Made by a program: the position numbers and the translations under genes. Source: Bryobacterales bacterium (GTDB taxonomy: Bacteria > Acidobacteriota > Terriglobia > Bryobacterales > UBA6623). From it: a DNA stretch of 64,000 bases. Below the pieces are notes generated by a model. It was not told the DNA's origin, ran no database searches, and saw only the letters and a program-made list of their open reading frames with translations. Below are positions 52,819 to 62,323 of this stretch, piece after piece. Numbering within the stretch: the first letter of the stretch is position 1; the number at the start of each line of letters is the position of its first letter. Where the stretch lies: positions 3,526,382 through 3,590,381 of the forward strand of contig OZ253444.1 in assembly GCA_965261065.1 (NCBI GenBank), given 5' to 3'.

Positions 52819-54018
52819 ATGACCAACCGTAGACGCTTTCTGCAAACGATCCCGGCGGCGGCGTCCGTCGGTCTGGCCACGACGGGCTGCGGCGCTGGCG
52901 ACCTGCCCGGGCCCGAGCGCGACTACTTCCACGAATTGGGCGTGCGGCAGTTCATCAACGCCGCCGAACCCTACACCGCCCTCACCGGAGCGTTGATGCC
53001 GCCCGAAGCCGTCCAGGCCATTGTCTACGCTTGCACCCGCTACGTGCGTTTGGCAGACCTGCACGATGCGATTGGCCGGCGGCTCGCCGAGATGATTGGT
53101 TGTGAAGGGGCGATGGTCTGCGCCGGCGCGGCTTCAGGCCTCACGCTCGGAACCGCCGCGTGCATCACTGGCAGTGACCCCGACGCCATCCGTCAACTCC
53201 CCGACACGACCGGCCTCAAGAACGAGGTCATCATCCAGAAGGCCCACCGCTACGGCTACGACCGTGCCATCCGAAACTGCGGCGGCCAATTCGTCGAGGT
53301 CGAGACGCACGAGCAACTCGAAGCCGCCATCAATGAGCGCACGGCGGCCATGCTCTTCAACAACACCAACGACCCGAAGGGCCAAATCAAGGTCGCCGAG
53401 TTCGCCGCGCTCGGCAATAAGCACGGCATCCCGGCGTTCGATGACTGTGCCGCCGACGTCCCGCCGGCCTCGCACCTGAACGAATACCTCGACATGGGTT
53501 TCGACCTCGTGACCGTCTCGGGCGGTAAGGGCATCTACGGCCCACAGAACGCCGGTCTGCTGATCGGCCGCAAAGACCTCATCGAGGCCGCGCGCCTGCA
53601 CAGCCCTCCATCGAGCGCGGGCATCGGACGCGGCATGAAGGTCAGCAAGGAAACGATGCTCGCCATGATGGTGGCCGTGGAGTCGCTTCTGGCGCGCGAT
53701 CACGAGGCTGAGTGGCGCGAGTGGGAGCGCCGCATCAACCTCATCGCCGAGAAGGTCGCCGTCATTGACGGCGTGCGAACGGAGACATTCACGCCGCCCT
53801 TGCATTACCACGTCCCTCACTTGCGCATTCAGTGGGACGAGCAGCAAGTTCCCGTCGCGCCCGTCGACGTCAAGCGCCGTCTTCGCGAGGGAGACCCTTC
53901 GATCGAGCTCCGCTCCAGCCCCAACGACCGGATCGAGTTAGGCGTATGGATGCTCAAACCCGGCCAGGAGGAGATCGTCGCCGAGCGGATCCACGAAATC
54001 CTGGCCGCCGCGGCCTGA
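52819..54018 (+). CDS. Tat-signal SelA-like PLP-dependent enzyme
   Basis: 399 aa with twin-arginine signal MTNRRRFLQTIPAAASVGLATTGC and PLP-lysine context VTVSGGKGIYGPQNAGL, typical of SelA/DgaE-like aminotransferase-fold proteins. Confidence 0.65.
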   Translation: MTNRRRFLQTIPAAASVGLATTGCGAGDLPGPERDYFHELGVRQFINAAEPYTALTGALMPPEAVQAIVYACTRYVRLADLHDAIGRRLAEMIGCEGAMVCAGAASGLTLGTAACITGSDPDAIRQLPDTTGLKNEVIIQKAHRYGYDRAIRNCGGQFVEVETHEQLEAAINERTAAMLFNNTNDPKGQIKVAEFAALGNKHGIPAFDDCAADVPPASHLNEYLDMGFDLVTVSGGKGIYGPQNAGLLIGRKDLIEAARLHSPPSSAGIGRGMKVSKETMLAMMVAVESLLARDHEAEWREWERRINLIAEKVAVIDGVRTETFTPPLHYHVPHLRIQWDEQQVPVAPVDVKRRLREGDPSIELRSSPNDRIELGVWMLKPGQEEIVAERIHEILAAAA

Positions 54019-55521
54019 CGAGAAAGACGGATTCAAAATGGGGCGCGAGATGGACTTTGATCCTTTCTACGGGAGCAAGGGCGAGAAACCATCGGCCCAA
54101 ACGGCCGAAGTGCCGACACGGCCGGCGACGGCAGGATGAGTTGAGCGGTACGAGGTAAGCGGCACGAGTTCGCAAGGTTAGAGGAAGGGAAGCGACAGCG
54201 AAGGACATGCCCAGACCGGGAGTTCACAACGACTGCGACCCCGGGCCGGCCGCTAGCGAGGCCGACTGTTAGCGAGCAGCGTCGGAAAGACCGAACTTCA
54301 AACAGCACTGCGTCGGGCAGACGCCGAAGAGAGTGCGGATGGAGGCCCGGTTTGAAGGCGTCCCGAAACTGAAGTTTCCTGGGGCTCCTTGCCAGTTGAC
54401 AAAGCGAATCTCCTCATGGAAACCCGGCGGTGGAGCCGCAAGGCGGGAACCTCGGGTACCGACCCTCTTTCTTAATGGGAGCCCTGAAGATGGAAAAGCC
54501 GCGACGCACCATCACCACGCCCTCCAGCCGCGCAGCTTGAAATCAAGATCCGTGATGCGGTACCCGATGTCCCATGGCTTGCGCGCCTGGCCAGTGGCGC
54601 AGGTCCCTAGACCTGCCGTGTCGTTACTCTTACCGACACACGTCGACCGGAAGGTCGACGCCCACACGAAACCCCGAGCATCGACATGAGTGTCGATGCG
54701 GCAGACGTAGGCGTCCGCGCCACACCGCCAACCCGCTCGACTAGCGGCCGAACAAAGGAGGTCTACCCTGCTCGCGCCCCCCCCGGTTGATGCCAACGAA
54801 GGAGCGTACGTTGTCCAACGCTCGCCGGCCCAACGCTGCCTGCGACAGCTCAGCGGCATGCCGTTGCCCTCTGCCGCCCCACCGCACGCCCCCAACGCTT
54901 CATCGATCGGCGGAACCACGGCTCACCGATCAACTGCCGCCGATCTCGGCGAGCAGGCGCTCGGCTTCGTCGAGGGCGGGCTGGTAGCAATGCGGCGGGC
55001 CGTCGCACTCAGCGCGTTCCTTGGCGGTTTCGGCGTGGCTGCGGGCGGAGGTGAGGTCGCCGGCGTCGAGGTCGAGCCGGGCCAGGAAGTTGTGGATGTC
55101 CGCCTGCTGCAGGCGGTACCCGCAGCGGTCGGCGATGCGCCGGGCTTCTTCGGCGTCACGGCGGGCGGAGCCGGCCGCGACTTGGGTGCGATGCCAGCGG
55201 GCCCAGGCGAGCAGGATGTCGGCCTCGACTTCGACTAGGTTGATCCGGCGGCAACGGGCAAGCGCTTCGGTGAGGTGCTTTTCGGCCTTGGCCAGATGGC
55301 GGTCGCGCTGCCGGGGTTCGTGTGACGCCAGGGCCTCCCGCGCCCAGCCGAGCAGCCATTCGGCCCGGATGATGTCGCGCTCAACGCTCTCGACATCGGC
55401 GAGTTCGCGCGACTGGCGGGCGGCTTCGAGGGCGGCTTGAGGATCGCCCATGAACAGGGAGCGCAGAGCTTGGTAGACCTCATCGGAGCAGAGGCCCTGT
55501 TTATGGTCAGCTTTTCTCCAA

Positions 55522-56552
55522 GCTTGGTATCCACTTGACTCAGGTGACCCCAAGATGTAGTGTAGGGCCTGGTGGAGGATTACCCGCGCGACCAACTCGA
55601 ATTCGAGTCTCGCTTTGCGAGCGAGGAGGCTTGCCGCGACTATCTGTTCGCCTTGCGCTGGCCAGAGGGTTTCCGCTGTCCAAGGTGTGGGCATGAGCGC
55701 GCTTGGCCGGTGCGCAAAGTGTGGTTCGAATGCGCTCGCTGCGGGCGGCAAACCTCCGTCACCGCCGGCACGATCTTTCAAGACACACGCAAGCCGCTGC
55801 GGCTGTGGTTCCGGGCGATGTGGACCATCACCACGCAGAAGAATGGGGCCAGCGCCCTGGGTCTACAGCGCGTTCTGGGACTGGGCAGTTACCAAACCGC
55901 CTGGCCTTGGATGCACAAGCTGAGGCGAGCGATGGTGCGCCCGGGGCGGGAGCGATTGACGGGCCTCGTCGAGGTCGATGAGACCTACTGGGGCGCTGAA
56001 GAAGAAGGGGTAATCGGCCGGCAGACCGAGCGTAAAGCGTTGATTGCAGTCGCCGCGGAAGAGAGAGGCACCGGGCTGGGGCGCATCCGCATGCAGCGCG
56101 TTCAGAACGCCTCGGCGGCCAGTTTGATGCCCTTCGTCGAGGAGTCGGTCGAGCCGGGCAGCGTGGTTGTTACCGACAACTGGTCGGGCTACGATCCGCT
56201 CAAGAAGAAGGACTACCAGCGTCGTATCATCTCGATTAACAACCGCCGCGAGCAGGCCTCGCAGCTACTGCCGAGGGTGCACTTGGCGATCTCGCTACTC
56301 AAGCGCTGGATGCTGGGCACGCATCAGGGGGCGGTCAGCCACGAGCATCTGGACTACTATCTCGACGAGTTCGTGTTCCGCTTCAATCGGCGCAGATCAC
56401 GCAGTCGGGGCAAGCTCTTCTACCGCCTTGTGCAGCAGGCCATGGCGGTGGAGCCGACGCCGTACCGCTCGATCGTCGCCGATTGGGACGCTAAGACGCT
56501 GTGAGCCCAACTACAAGATGTTGGGGTCACCTGAGTCAAGTGGATACCCGGC
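55522..56552 (+). mobile_element. IS1595-family insertion sequence
   Basis: 1031 bp with 32-bp inverted repeats GC(T/C)(T/G)GGTATCCACTTGACTCAGGTGACCCCAA. An 8-bp direct target duplication TTCTCCAA sits at 55514-55521 and 56553-56560. Confidence 0.9.
55572..56504 (+). CDS. IS1595-family (ISXO2-like) transposase
   Basis: 310 aa with an N-terminal zinc ribbon (FRCPRCGH...FECARCGRQ) and DDE contexts VEVDETYWG and VVTDNWSGY. Confidence 0.9.
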   Translation: MEDYPRDQLEFESRFASEEACRDYLFALRWPEGFRCPRCGHERAWPVRKVWFECARCGRQTSVTAGTIFQDTRKPLRLWFRAMWTITTQKNGASALGLQRVLGLGSYQTAWPWMHKLRRAMVRPGRERLTGLVEVDETYWGAEEEGVIGRQTERKALIAVAAEERGTGLGRIRMQRVQNASAASLMPFVEESVEPGSVVVTDNWSGYDPLKKKDYQRRIISINNRREQASQLLPRVHLAISLLKRWMLGTHQGAVSHEHLDYYLDEFVFRFNRRRSRSRGKLFYRLVQQAMAVEPTPYRSIVADWDAKTL

Positions 56553-56941
56553 TTCTCCAATACCCCGTCGAGGCTTCCAGCTCCTGGGCCGCCTCGTCGA
56601 AACGGCCTTCATAAGCCAGCAGGCGGCCCAACTCCTGGTGGCCGACGGCCTCCCGAAATTCCTCCTCGATCTCGCGGCACAGCTCGACCCGGCGGCGCAA
56701 GTTGCGCTCGACCGCCGCTAGCTTGCCGATCGGGAGCTGAGCCATGTGGGCCAAGTTCCCCAGGCCGATCGCGAGGTTCTCCTTGTCGCTCGCCTTTTCC
56801 CGAAGGCTGTTGTGCATCTCGAAAACCGGTACCGCCCGGCCTGGCTGCCCGGACAGGCTATAGGAGTTGGCCAGTCCATTGAGCGTCCAGGCCTGGTCGC
56901 GCTCGTCCTTCAGCCGAGCCGGGCGGCCCTCGCCGTCGGGG

Positions 56942-58462
56942 AACATCCATGATAGGTATCTGTCAAGGATGGACGCAGTCATCCGAATCCTCCCGTCAGC
57001 GGGGGCGTTGTCTTCAGCAGTGACGCTTCGCAGCCCGAGCGTTTTTGCGAATCAAGTCGCAAGGTCAACGAGTCACGTGACCAGACATCCATGTGCGCGC
57101 ATCGGGTCGCCCCACCGTACCGGCCGGGGGACCGTCGCGGAAGATTCAGTTTGGGTTTTCAGGCCCGCCGGCCTCGAAACAGAGATACGGACGCATCAGA
57201 AATTTCCCAGGAAACTCCCAGCAAACTCCTTCGCGTAGTCCCCAACAGGCGAGGACCGGCGGGCCGCTCGTGACACCGCACAGCGTCGATGAAACTCTTC
57301 GTTTCTCCTTTTAACAGAAAAAAAGCAAATTCTCCTCGTTACGCCTCGGCCGCAACCCGCGGCACGAACGCGCGGCCACTGGTGTCCACGGCCCGCAGAT
57401 ACGTCACCAACTTGCGCGCCACGGCCAACGTCGCGCGATTGCGAGACCCGCGCGTCAACTCCCGCTCATGGACGTCGTGCAGTTGCGGGTTCCAGCGCGG
57501 CGCGAGTTTCGCCGCCTCGATCAGCACCCGCTGCAAATGCTTGTTGCGCTGCTTCGACAGCGGTCCCCGCTGCGTCTTGCCGGCCGACTCGCGCTGTGCC
57601 GAACACAACCCACAGTAACTCACCGCCTGGCCCAGCGAACCGAAGCGCTCGGGCTCGACGGTCTCCAGCGCCCAGGTCAACGCCGTCACCTCCCCCACGC
57701 CGCGAATCGACTGCAGCAACTCGACGCGTTCCCGCAACAGCGGATGGCGCCGCAATCCGCGCAGTAACTCCTGCTGCAAACGATCGAACATTTCCAGGCT
57801 GCCGCGGGTGATGGCGAGCAGCTCGATCACCGACTCGGGCGTGTCGCGCAGGCTGTCGAGATAGGAGTAGAAATAGTTGCGCCCGTGCAGCCGCCGGGCA
57901 TCGTAGGGTTCGCCCACTTCCATCAGTAGCCCGCTGATTTTGTTCTTCATGCGGACGGCTTCGCCCAGCAGCAGATTGCGATAGCGCAGCACGCGCCGCA
58001 ACTCGCGCAGGGCAGGCGGCGCCACGTAGCAGCGCGGCAGCAGGTTGCAGCGCAGCAGGTCACTGATCTTGGTGGCGTCGAGACGGTCGTTCTTCTTCTT
58101 GGCGCAGGCGATGGCCTTGAGCATGGCCGGGTGTGCGACTTGCAGTTCCTGGGCGAAGGGCTGGAGGTGATCGTAAATCCAGCCGGTAAACAGGGTGGCT
58201 TCGAGCGCGCCCACCCAAGGGCGCTCGAGGGCTGACGCCCAAGCGGTCAGGGCGGCGCGAGTGGCCGCGACCTGACCGCGCTGGACGATCGTTCCGTCCC
58301 CGGTTTTGATGCAGAAGCTGATGCTTTTCTTATGGACATCGAGTCCGATGTAGTAGAGTTCTGGCATGGAATCCTCCTGGGATTGGCTCTGAGCCGACCG
58401 CGTGGCCGCTCTCAGCATTTTGCCCCCGGGAGGATTCCTCTTTGCCACTACCTATGCATTGA
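56942..58462 (-). mobile_element. IS110-family (IS1111-like) insertion sequence
   Basis: About 1.52 kb; the ends are good to roughly +/-5 bp. TGTT is present at both junctions. Subterminal inverted repeat CATAGGTA / TACCTATC(A)TG. There is ~95 nt 5' and ~395 nt 3' of the transposase CDS. Confidence 0.75.
57339..58367 (-). CDS. IS110-family DEDD transposase
   Basis: The start is ATG 58367, with AGGAGG upstream. The N-terminus reads MPELYYIGLDVHKKSISFC and the C-terminal motif is LQSIRGVGEVTALTWALE. Confidence 0.9.
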   Translation of the reverse strand: MPELYYIGLDVHKKSISFCIKTGDGTIVQRGQVAATRAALTAWASALERPWVGALEATLFTGWIYDHLQPFAQELQVAHPAMLKAIACAKKKNDRLDATKISDLLRCNLLPRCYVAPPALRELRRVLRYRNLLLGEAVRMKNKISGLLMEVGEPYDARRLHGRNYFYSYLDSLRDTPESVIELLAITRGSLEMFDRLQQELLRGLRRHPLLRERVELLQSIRGVGEVTALTWALETVEPERFGSLGQAVSYCGLCSAQRESAGKTQRGPLSKQRNKHLQRVLIEAAKLAPRWNPQLHDVHERELTRGSRNRATLAVARKLVTYLRAVDTSGRAFVPRVAAEA

Positions 58463-60886
58463 AACAGAGCACTGAGAAGTTCGATGCGCATCTGGTAGGC
58501 CCCGAAGCGGTAGTAGAGCAGTTGGTTGAGCCGGTCTCGGAACAGCTCGCGCGCCTCGTCGTACCGTCCGGCACCCACGGTATGGTGGTACAGCTCGATG
58601 ACCGGCGCCAGGTCGCCGACCGACTCCACCTTGTCCGGCGCCGGCACGGCATCGAAGTAGTCCCGCAGCCGGCTGTGCACACCCTCTTTGTCCCCCAGCC
58701 GGTCGTAGGCATACTGCCGGACAATCGGGTGCAGGTCGTAGCGGCCGCTCCCCTCGTCGATGAAGAGCAAGCCGCGCGATTCCATCTCCTCCAGCGCTTG
58801 GTCGAACTCGTCCTCGCTCTTAAACGGGTTCAAGTGCAGCAGCGCCTCGTAGTCCATCGGGCTGCGGAACGCGGCGAAGCGGCTGAGCAGGCCGCGCTTC
58901 GCCTCGTCCATCTCGTCGTAGGCGACTTGCAGGATGTGGTGCTGCTCTTTGCCTCTCAGCTTGTCGAGCACGGTGTGCCGCCCCGCCGCCCGAATGTCGC
59001 CGCGCATCTTCGGGTCTCGGAGAATTGCGCCCGCCAGGAGCCGCAGCGAGAGCGGGTGCCGTCCGTAGGGAGCGATGGCCGCGCCGATCTCGGCCCGCGT
59101 GCCCTGGATGCCTTCCGACTGGAAGAAGGTCACCGCGTCTTCGGGGTCCAAGTCGTGGAGATCCTCGCGCCGGCAGCCCGCCAAAGGGCCGTCCGGCCCT
59201 TGCAGCTCTTTCGGAACCAGCCGGCTGGTCAGCAGAACTCGCCCTTGGTGAGAGGCGGCCATTGCCTCCAGAAAGTCCCCTGCGTGAGGATCGACGCAGC
59301 CGTTCTCGTCGCCCGCCGTCTTGTCGCCGCGGTACGCCGCATCGAGCCCCTCGTAGGCGCGCAGCTCACGCTCGAAGCCGTCCAACACCAGCAGAATCCG
59401 CCGCTGCTGAAGCTGCGTGAACAAGGCCCGAACCTTCTCCGAAGGCGAGCGGATTGCGGCCGGGTCGATCCGGCCGCCGCTGGCATAGGCCAGAGCCTCA
59501 TCGAGAAACGAGGCAAAGCGTGCCTCGCGCTCGTAGAACGACCACCACAGCACGCCCTCGGGCCGCTGCTCGTCGGCCACGCGGCAGCCCTTGGCACTGG
59601 CGGCACTTTCCTCGGCATGTCCCGGCAGCGGCAAGCCCAGCACGTCGCGCTGCAGCCAAGCCCACGTCAGCGCCGACTTGCCCATGCCGCCGATGGCGAT
59701 CAGCGCCATCACCGGCTGATTGCCGCCCGTCAGCCATCCGGTCAGCATCCGCCGCTCGTTCACCCGCCCTGTGAAGTTCGGTTGGAGCGGGTAGGGCGGC
59801 ACAAAGTCGGGCTTCGGTGGCCGTGGGCGAACCTGTGGCGCTGCGGGCGTTTTTCTGAGGCGGGCACGAAGCGGTGCGGGTGACTCCACCGGTTCGGCCG
59901 GTTTGCGATCCCCACCGGCAGGCTTCTCGTCAAGCCTGCGCCGCCACCTGCTCCCCTCGGTTGGTACGGCGAGGCCCTTGCCTTGCAGCCTTCGCAGGCT
60001 CTTTCGCACGGCCACCTCGGTCGGTCTTCGGACGCGGCCTTTGAGGGACCCACAAACGTCTTCGATGCTTGCGGCTTCGGAGACCCTTGCGTCCAGATAC
60101 TCGACGATGCAATGGTCAATCTTCTCGTTTCGCCGCGCAACCCACCAGCGCCCCACACCAACGGGAACACCGACGATAGCGGCCAAGCCCGCCAGTATTG
60201 ATATGGCTGTGACAGGGTCCATAGCTGACGCCTTCGGAAGTCCCCACCGATTCTAACGTCTATTCACACGAAATGCCCGTCGTTCTCCTCATCCCTAGAG
60301 GCCCAAATCCGTACGTAAGAATTCTGACAAGCCCGTGATACCCCGGCTCCCCGCAACCGCGACACCCGCGACAACGGAGCCGCGGATGTAAATCCGCGGG
60401 CGCGGCAGAGGCCCGCGCTTCTTGATAGCGCAACCTGCCCTATCCAACCGCGGGGTCCAAGCCCCGGCAGGGGCGCATGAGACTTTCTGCTCCCACATCC
60501 GGCTCTCTTCGAGCCCCACCCTTCGAGTCATGAGAGCGTTACGACAGAGATTCACCATTTAGACGCCAAAGAAAACGAACCCAAATCATCCGAGGTCATC
60601 CCCGGCGCGACGAAAACGTGAGGAACAAACCCACCGAACTCACCCCGCCCCAGCACAGTCACGGAATTTCAAAAATAATTTCCCCAAACCTTTCAACGAC
60701 TTGCCTCTCCAGCCACCCGCCGGCCCTACACCCGAACCGTACACTGAGGATGAAGAAAAGCCGGTCGCGGTCTGGCCGGCGTTGAGAGGGACGCGACGAA
60801 CCTGGGCGCCGTACCGGGAAGGAGCCGCGGGATCGGACCGGGGCACCCGGGCCATCAAAAAGGAGGCGAACCCCGAAGGGGTGGCC

Positions 60887-60916
60887 AAAATAAAAGCCCT
60901 GGGCGTGAGCCCAGGG
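60887..60916 (-). terminator. Canonical intrinsic terminator on the minus strand
   Basis: The minus strand reads CCCTGGGC-TCAC-GCCCAGGG followed by CTTTTATTTT. The stem is at 60897-60916 and the U-tract at 60887-60896. Confidence 0.7.
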
Positions 60917-61198
60917 AACCGATCCCCTTCAAACCTCCCGAGCCCTGTAATGGCGGCACAACCAACCACACCGCGAAGACCGATGACGCACAACCAACCA
61001 GCTCCACGCTACCGGCGCGCCGGGCTTCGCCGATACGTAACGGAGATCCAAGGCCCCCTCTGGAAAGCGGGCAAAAACGGACAAAACAGGACAAAACAGG
61101 ACATTTTCGGGCGACCCACACCCGCCGAACCGGCCCTCAGCCCGCCCCCTAAACGTTCACTTCAACGGCCCCCGCCCAGCGCCGCAACCGGCCCCCAA

Positions 61199-61969
61199 CT
61201 ACCTCCCCATCCAGCCGCCGTCGACCGTCACGATCGTGCCGTTGACATAGTCGGCGGCCGACGAGGCCAAGAACACCGCCGCGCCAGCCAGGTCTTCGGG
61301 CTCGCCCCAGCGGCCCTGCGGAATCCGCGAGAGGATCGCCGGGTTACGCACGGGGTCTTTCTGCAACGCCGCCGTGTTGTCGGTACGGATGTAGCCCGGC
61401 GCGATGCCGTTCACGTTGACGCCGTGGCCGGCCCACTCGTTCGACAGTGCCATCGTCAACGTGGCGATGCCGCCCTTGGCGGCAGCGTAGCCGGGCACCG
61501 TGATGCCGCCCTGAAAGCTCAGCAGCGACGCCGTGAAGATAATCTTCCCCGCGCCGCGCGCCAGCATCTCCTTGCCGAACTCGCGGCTCAGAATGAACTG
61601 CGCGTTCAAGTTGACCTCGACGACCTTGTCCCAATACTCGTCGGGGTGCTCGGCGGCGGGTTTGCGAAGGATCGTGCCCGCATTGTTGACGAGGATGTCG
61701 ATCACCGGCACGTCCGCCTTGACCCGGCCGATGAAGTCGTAGAGCGCCTCGCGGTCCGAGAAGTCGCAAGCATACGCGCGGCAGCTCCGTCCCGTGGCGC
61801 GGACGGCGGTTTCCAACGCGCTGCCTTCGGCCTCGAGCGTGGCGCTGACGCCGACGATGTCCGCGCCCGCCTCGGCCAGCGCGACGGCGATCGCCTTGCC
61901 GATGCCCCGCTTCGCGCCCGTCACGAGCGCGGTCTTGCCGTCAAGTCGAAACTGATCAAGGATGCTCAT
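61199..61969 (-). CDS. Short-chain dehydrogenase, 2-deoxy-D-gluconate 3-dehydrogenase (KduD)-like
   Basis: 256 aa from ATG 61969 (MSILDQFRLDGKTALVTGAKRGIGKA), with NNAG and YAAAKGG (YxxxK). Confidence 0.75.
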   Translation of the reverse strand: MSILDQFRLDGKTALVTGAKRGIGKAIAVALAEAGADIVGVSATLEAEGSALETAVRATGRSCRAYACDFSDREALYDFIGRVKADVPVIDILVNNAGTILRKPAAEHPDEYWDKVVEVNLNAQFILSREFGKEMLARGAGKIIFTASLLSFQGGITVPGYAAAKGGIATLTMALSNEWAGHGVNVNGIAPGYIRTDNTAALQKDPVRNPAILSRIPQGRWGEPEDLAGAAVFLASSAADYVNGTIVTVDGGWMGR

Positions 61970-62045
61970 AGCGATTGTCACGAGACGCTGGCAGTCGTCC
62001 GGAGGACGCAACAACGCAACAGAGTGTCAAGTTCTCAACAAGCGC

Positions 62046-62082
62046 GCCGCGGCAAAAACCGAGCCGTGACCGTCAGGGAGCG
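62046..62082 (+). repeat. Dispersed ~37-nt intergenic repeat, copy 5
   Basis: AAACCGAGCCGTGACCGTCAGGGAGCGGTCCGGCACG. Confidence 0.85.
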
Positions 62083-62323
62083 GTCCGGCACGAGCCCTGG
62101 CGCGACTCCAGAAGCCTTTAGGGCATCAAACCTCGTGCCACAGCAACTCGTCGGTTTCAGATCGAAGGCCTCGCTAGCCGCTTTCAGGCGCGAAAACCAT
62201 CGGAGCGGCGCCCATGTGCGTCAACGCAGATCGTGCGGCGCGTCGAGCAGGCGGGCATGGCATGCCGCGCCCCTACATTCCGACCAGCGCCGCCGTCGAT
62301 TGCGCCTCGGCATGCCCCGAACC

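Larger units (their letters stand above)
54930..60222 (-). pseudogene. Membrane-anchored STAND NTPase (TM - winged-helix-like - NB-ARC-like - TPR), split by IS110-type and IS1595 elements
   Basis: The N-terminal piece (58463-60222) has TM AISILAGLAAIVGVPVGVG, Walker A GIGGMGKSAL, Walker B ILLVLDGFE and GRHPLSL. The TPR pieces at 56553-56946 and 54930-55513 join in frame once both IS are removed, giving about 912 aa. Confidence 0.75.

Noticed and set aside
54038-54139. A 33-codon ORF (MGREMDFDPFYGSKGEKPSAQTAEVPTRPATAG) just after the SelA-like gene
   Set aside because: It has no convincing ribosome-binding site and no recognisable motif. It is too short to separate from chance.
54560-54625. 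Cobalamin-riboswitch-like fragments (GCCAGTGGC and AGACCTGCC) in the coding desert
   Set aside because: The B12-box-like AGACCTGCC and the GCCACTG-like element are on opposite strands relative to the consensus order. The rest of the conserved core is not visible, and no downstream gene would be regulated.
61079-61103. Tandem GGACAAAACA units as a possible CRISPR or iteron array
   Set aside because: There are only about 2.5 copies of a 10-nt unit with no spacers, and no cas or rep genes lie nearby.
60223-61198. tmRNA, RNase P RNA, 6S or SRP RNA in the long spacer
   Set aside because: I could not find their universal motifs (for example GGAAAGTCCGG for RNase P, or a tRNA-like CCA end with a resume codon for tmRNA) on either strand.
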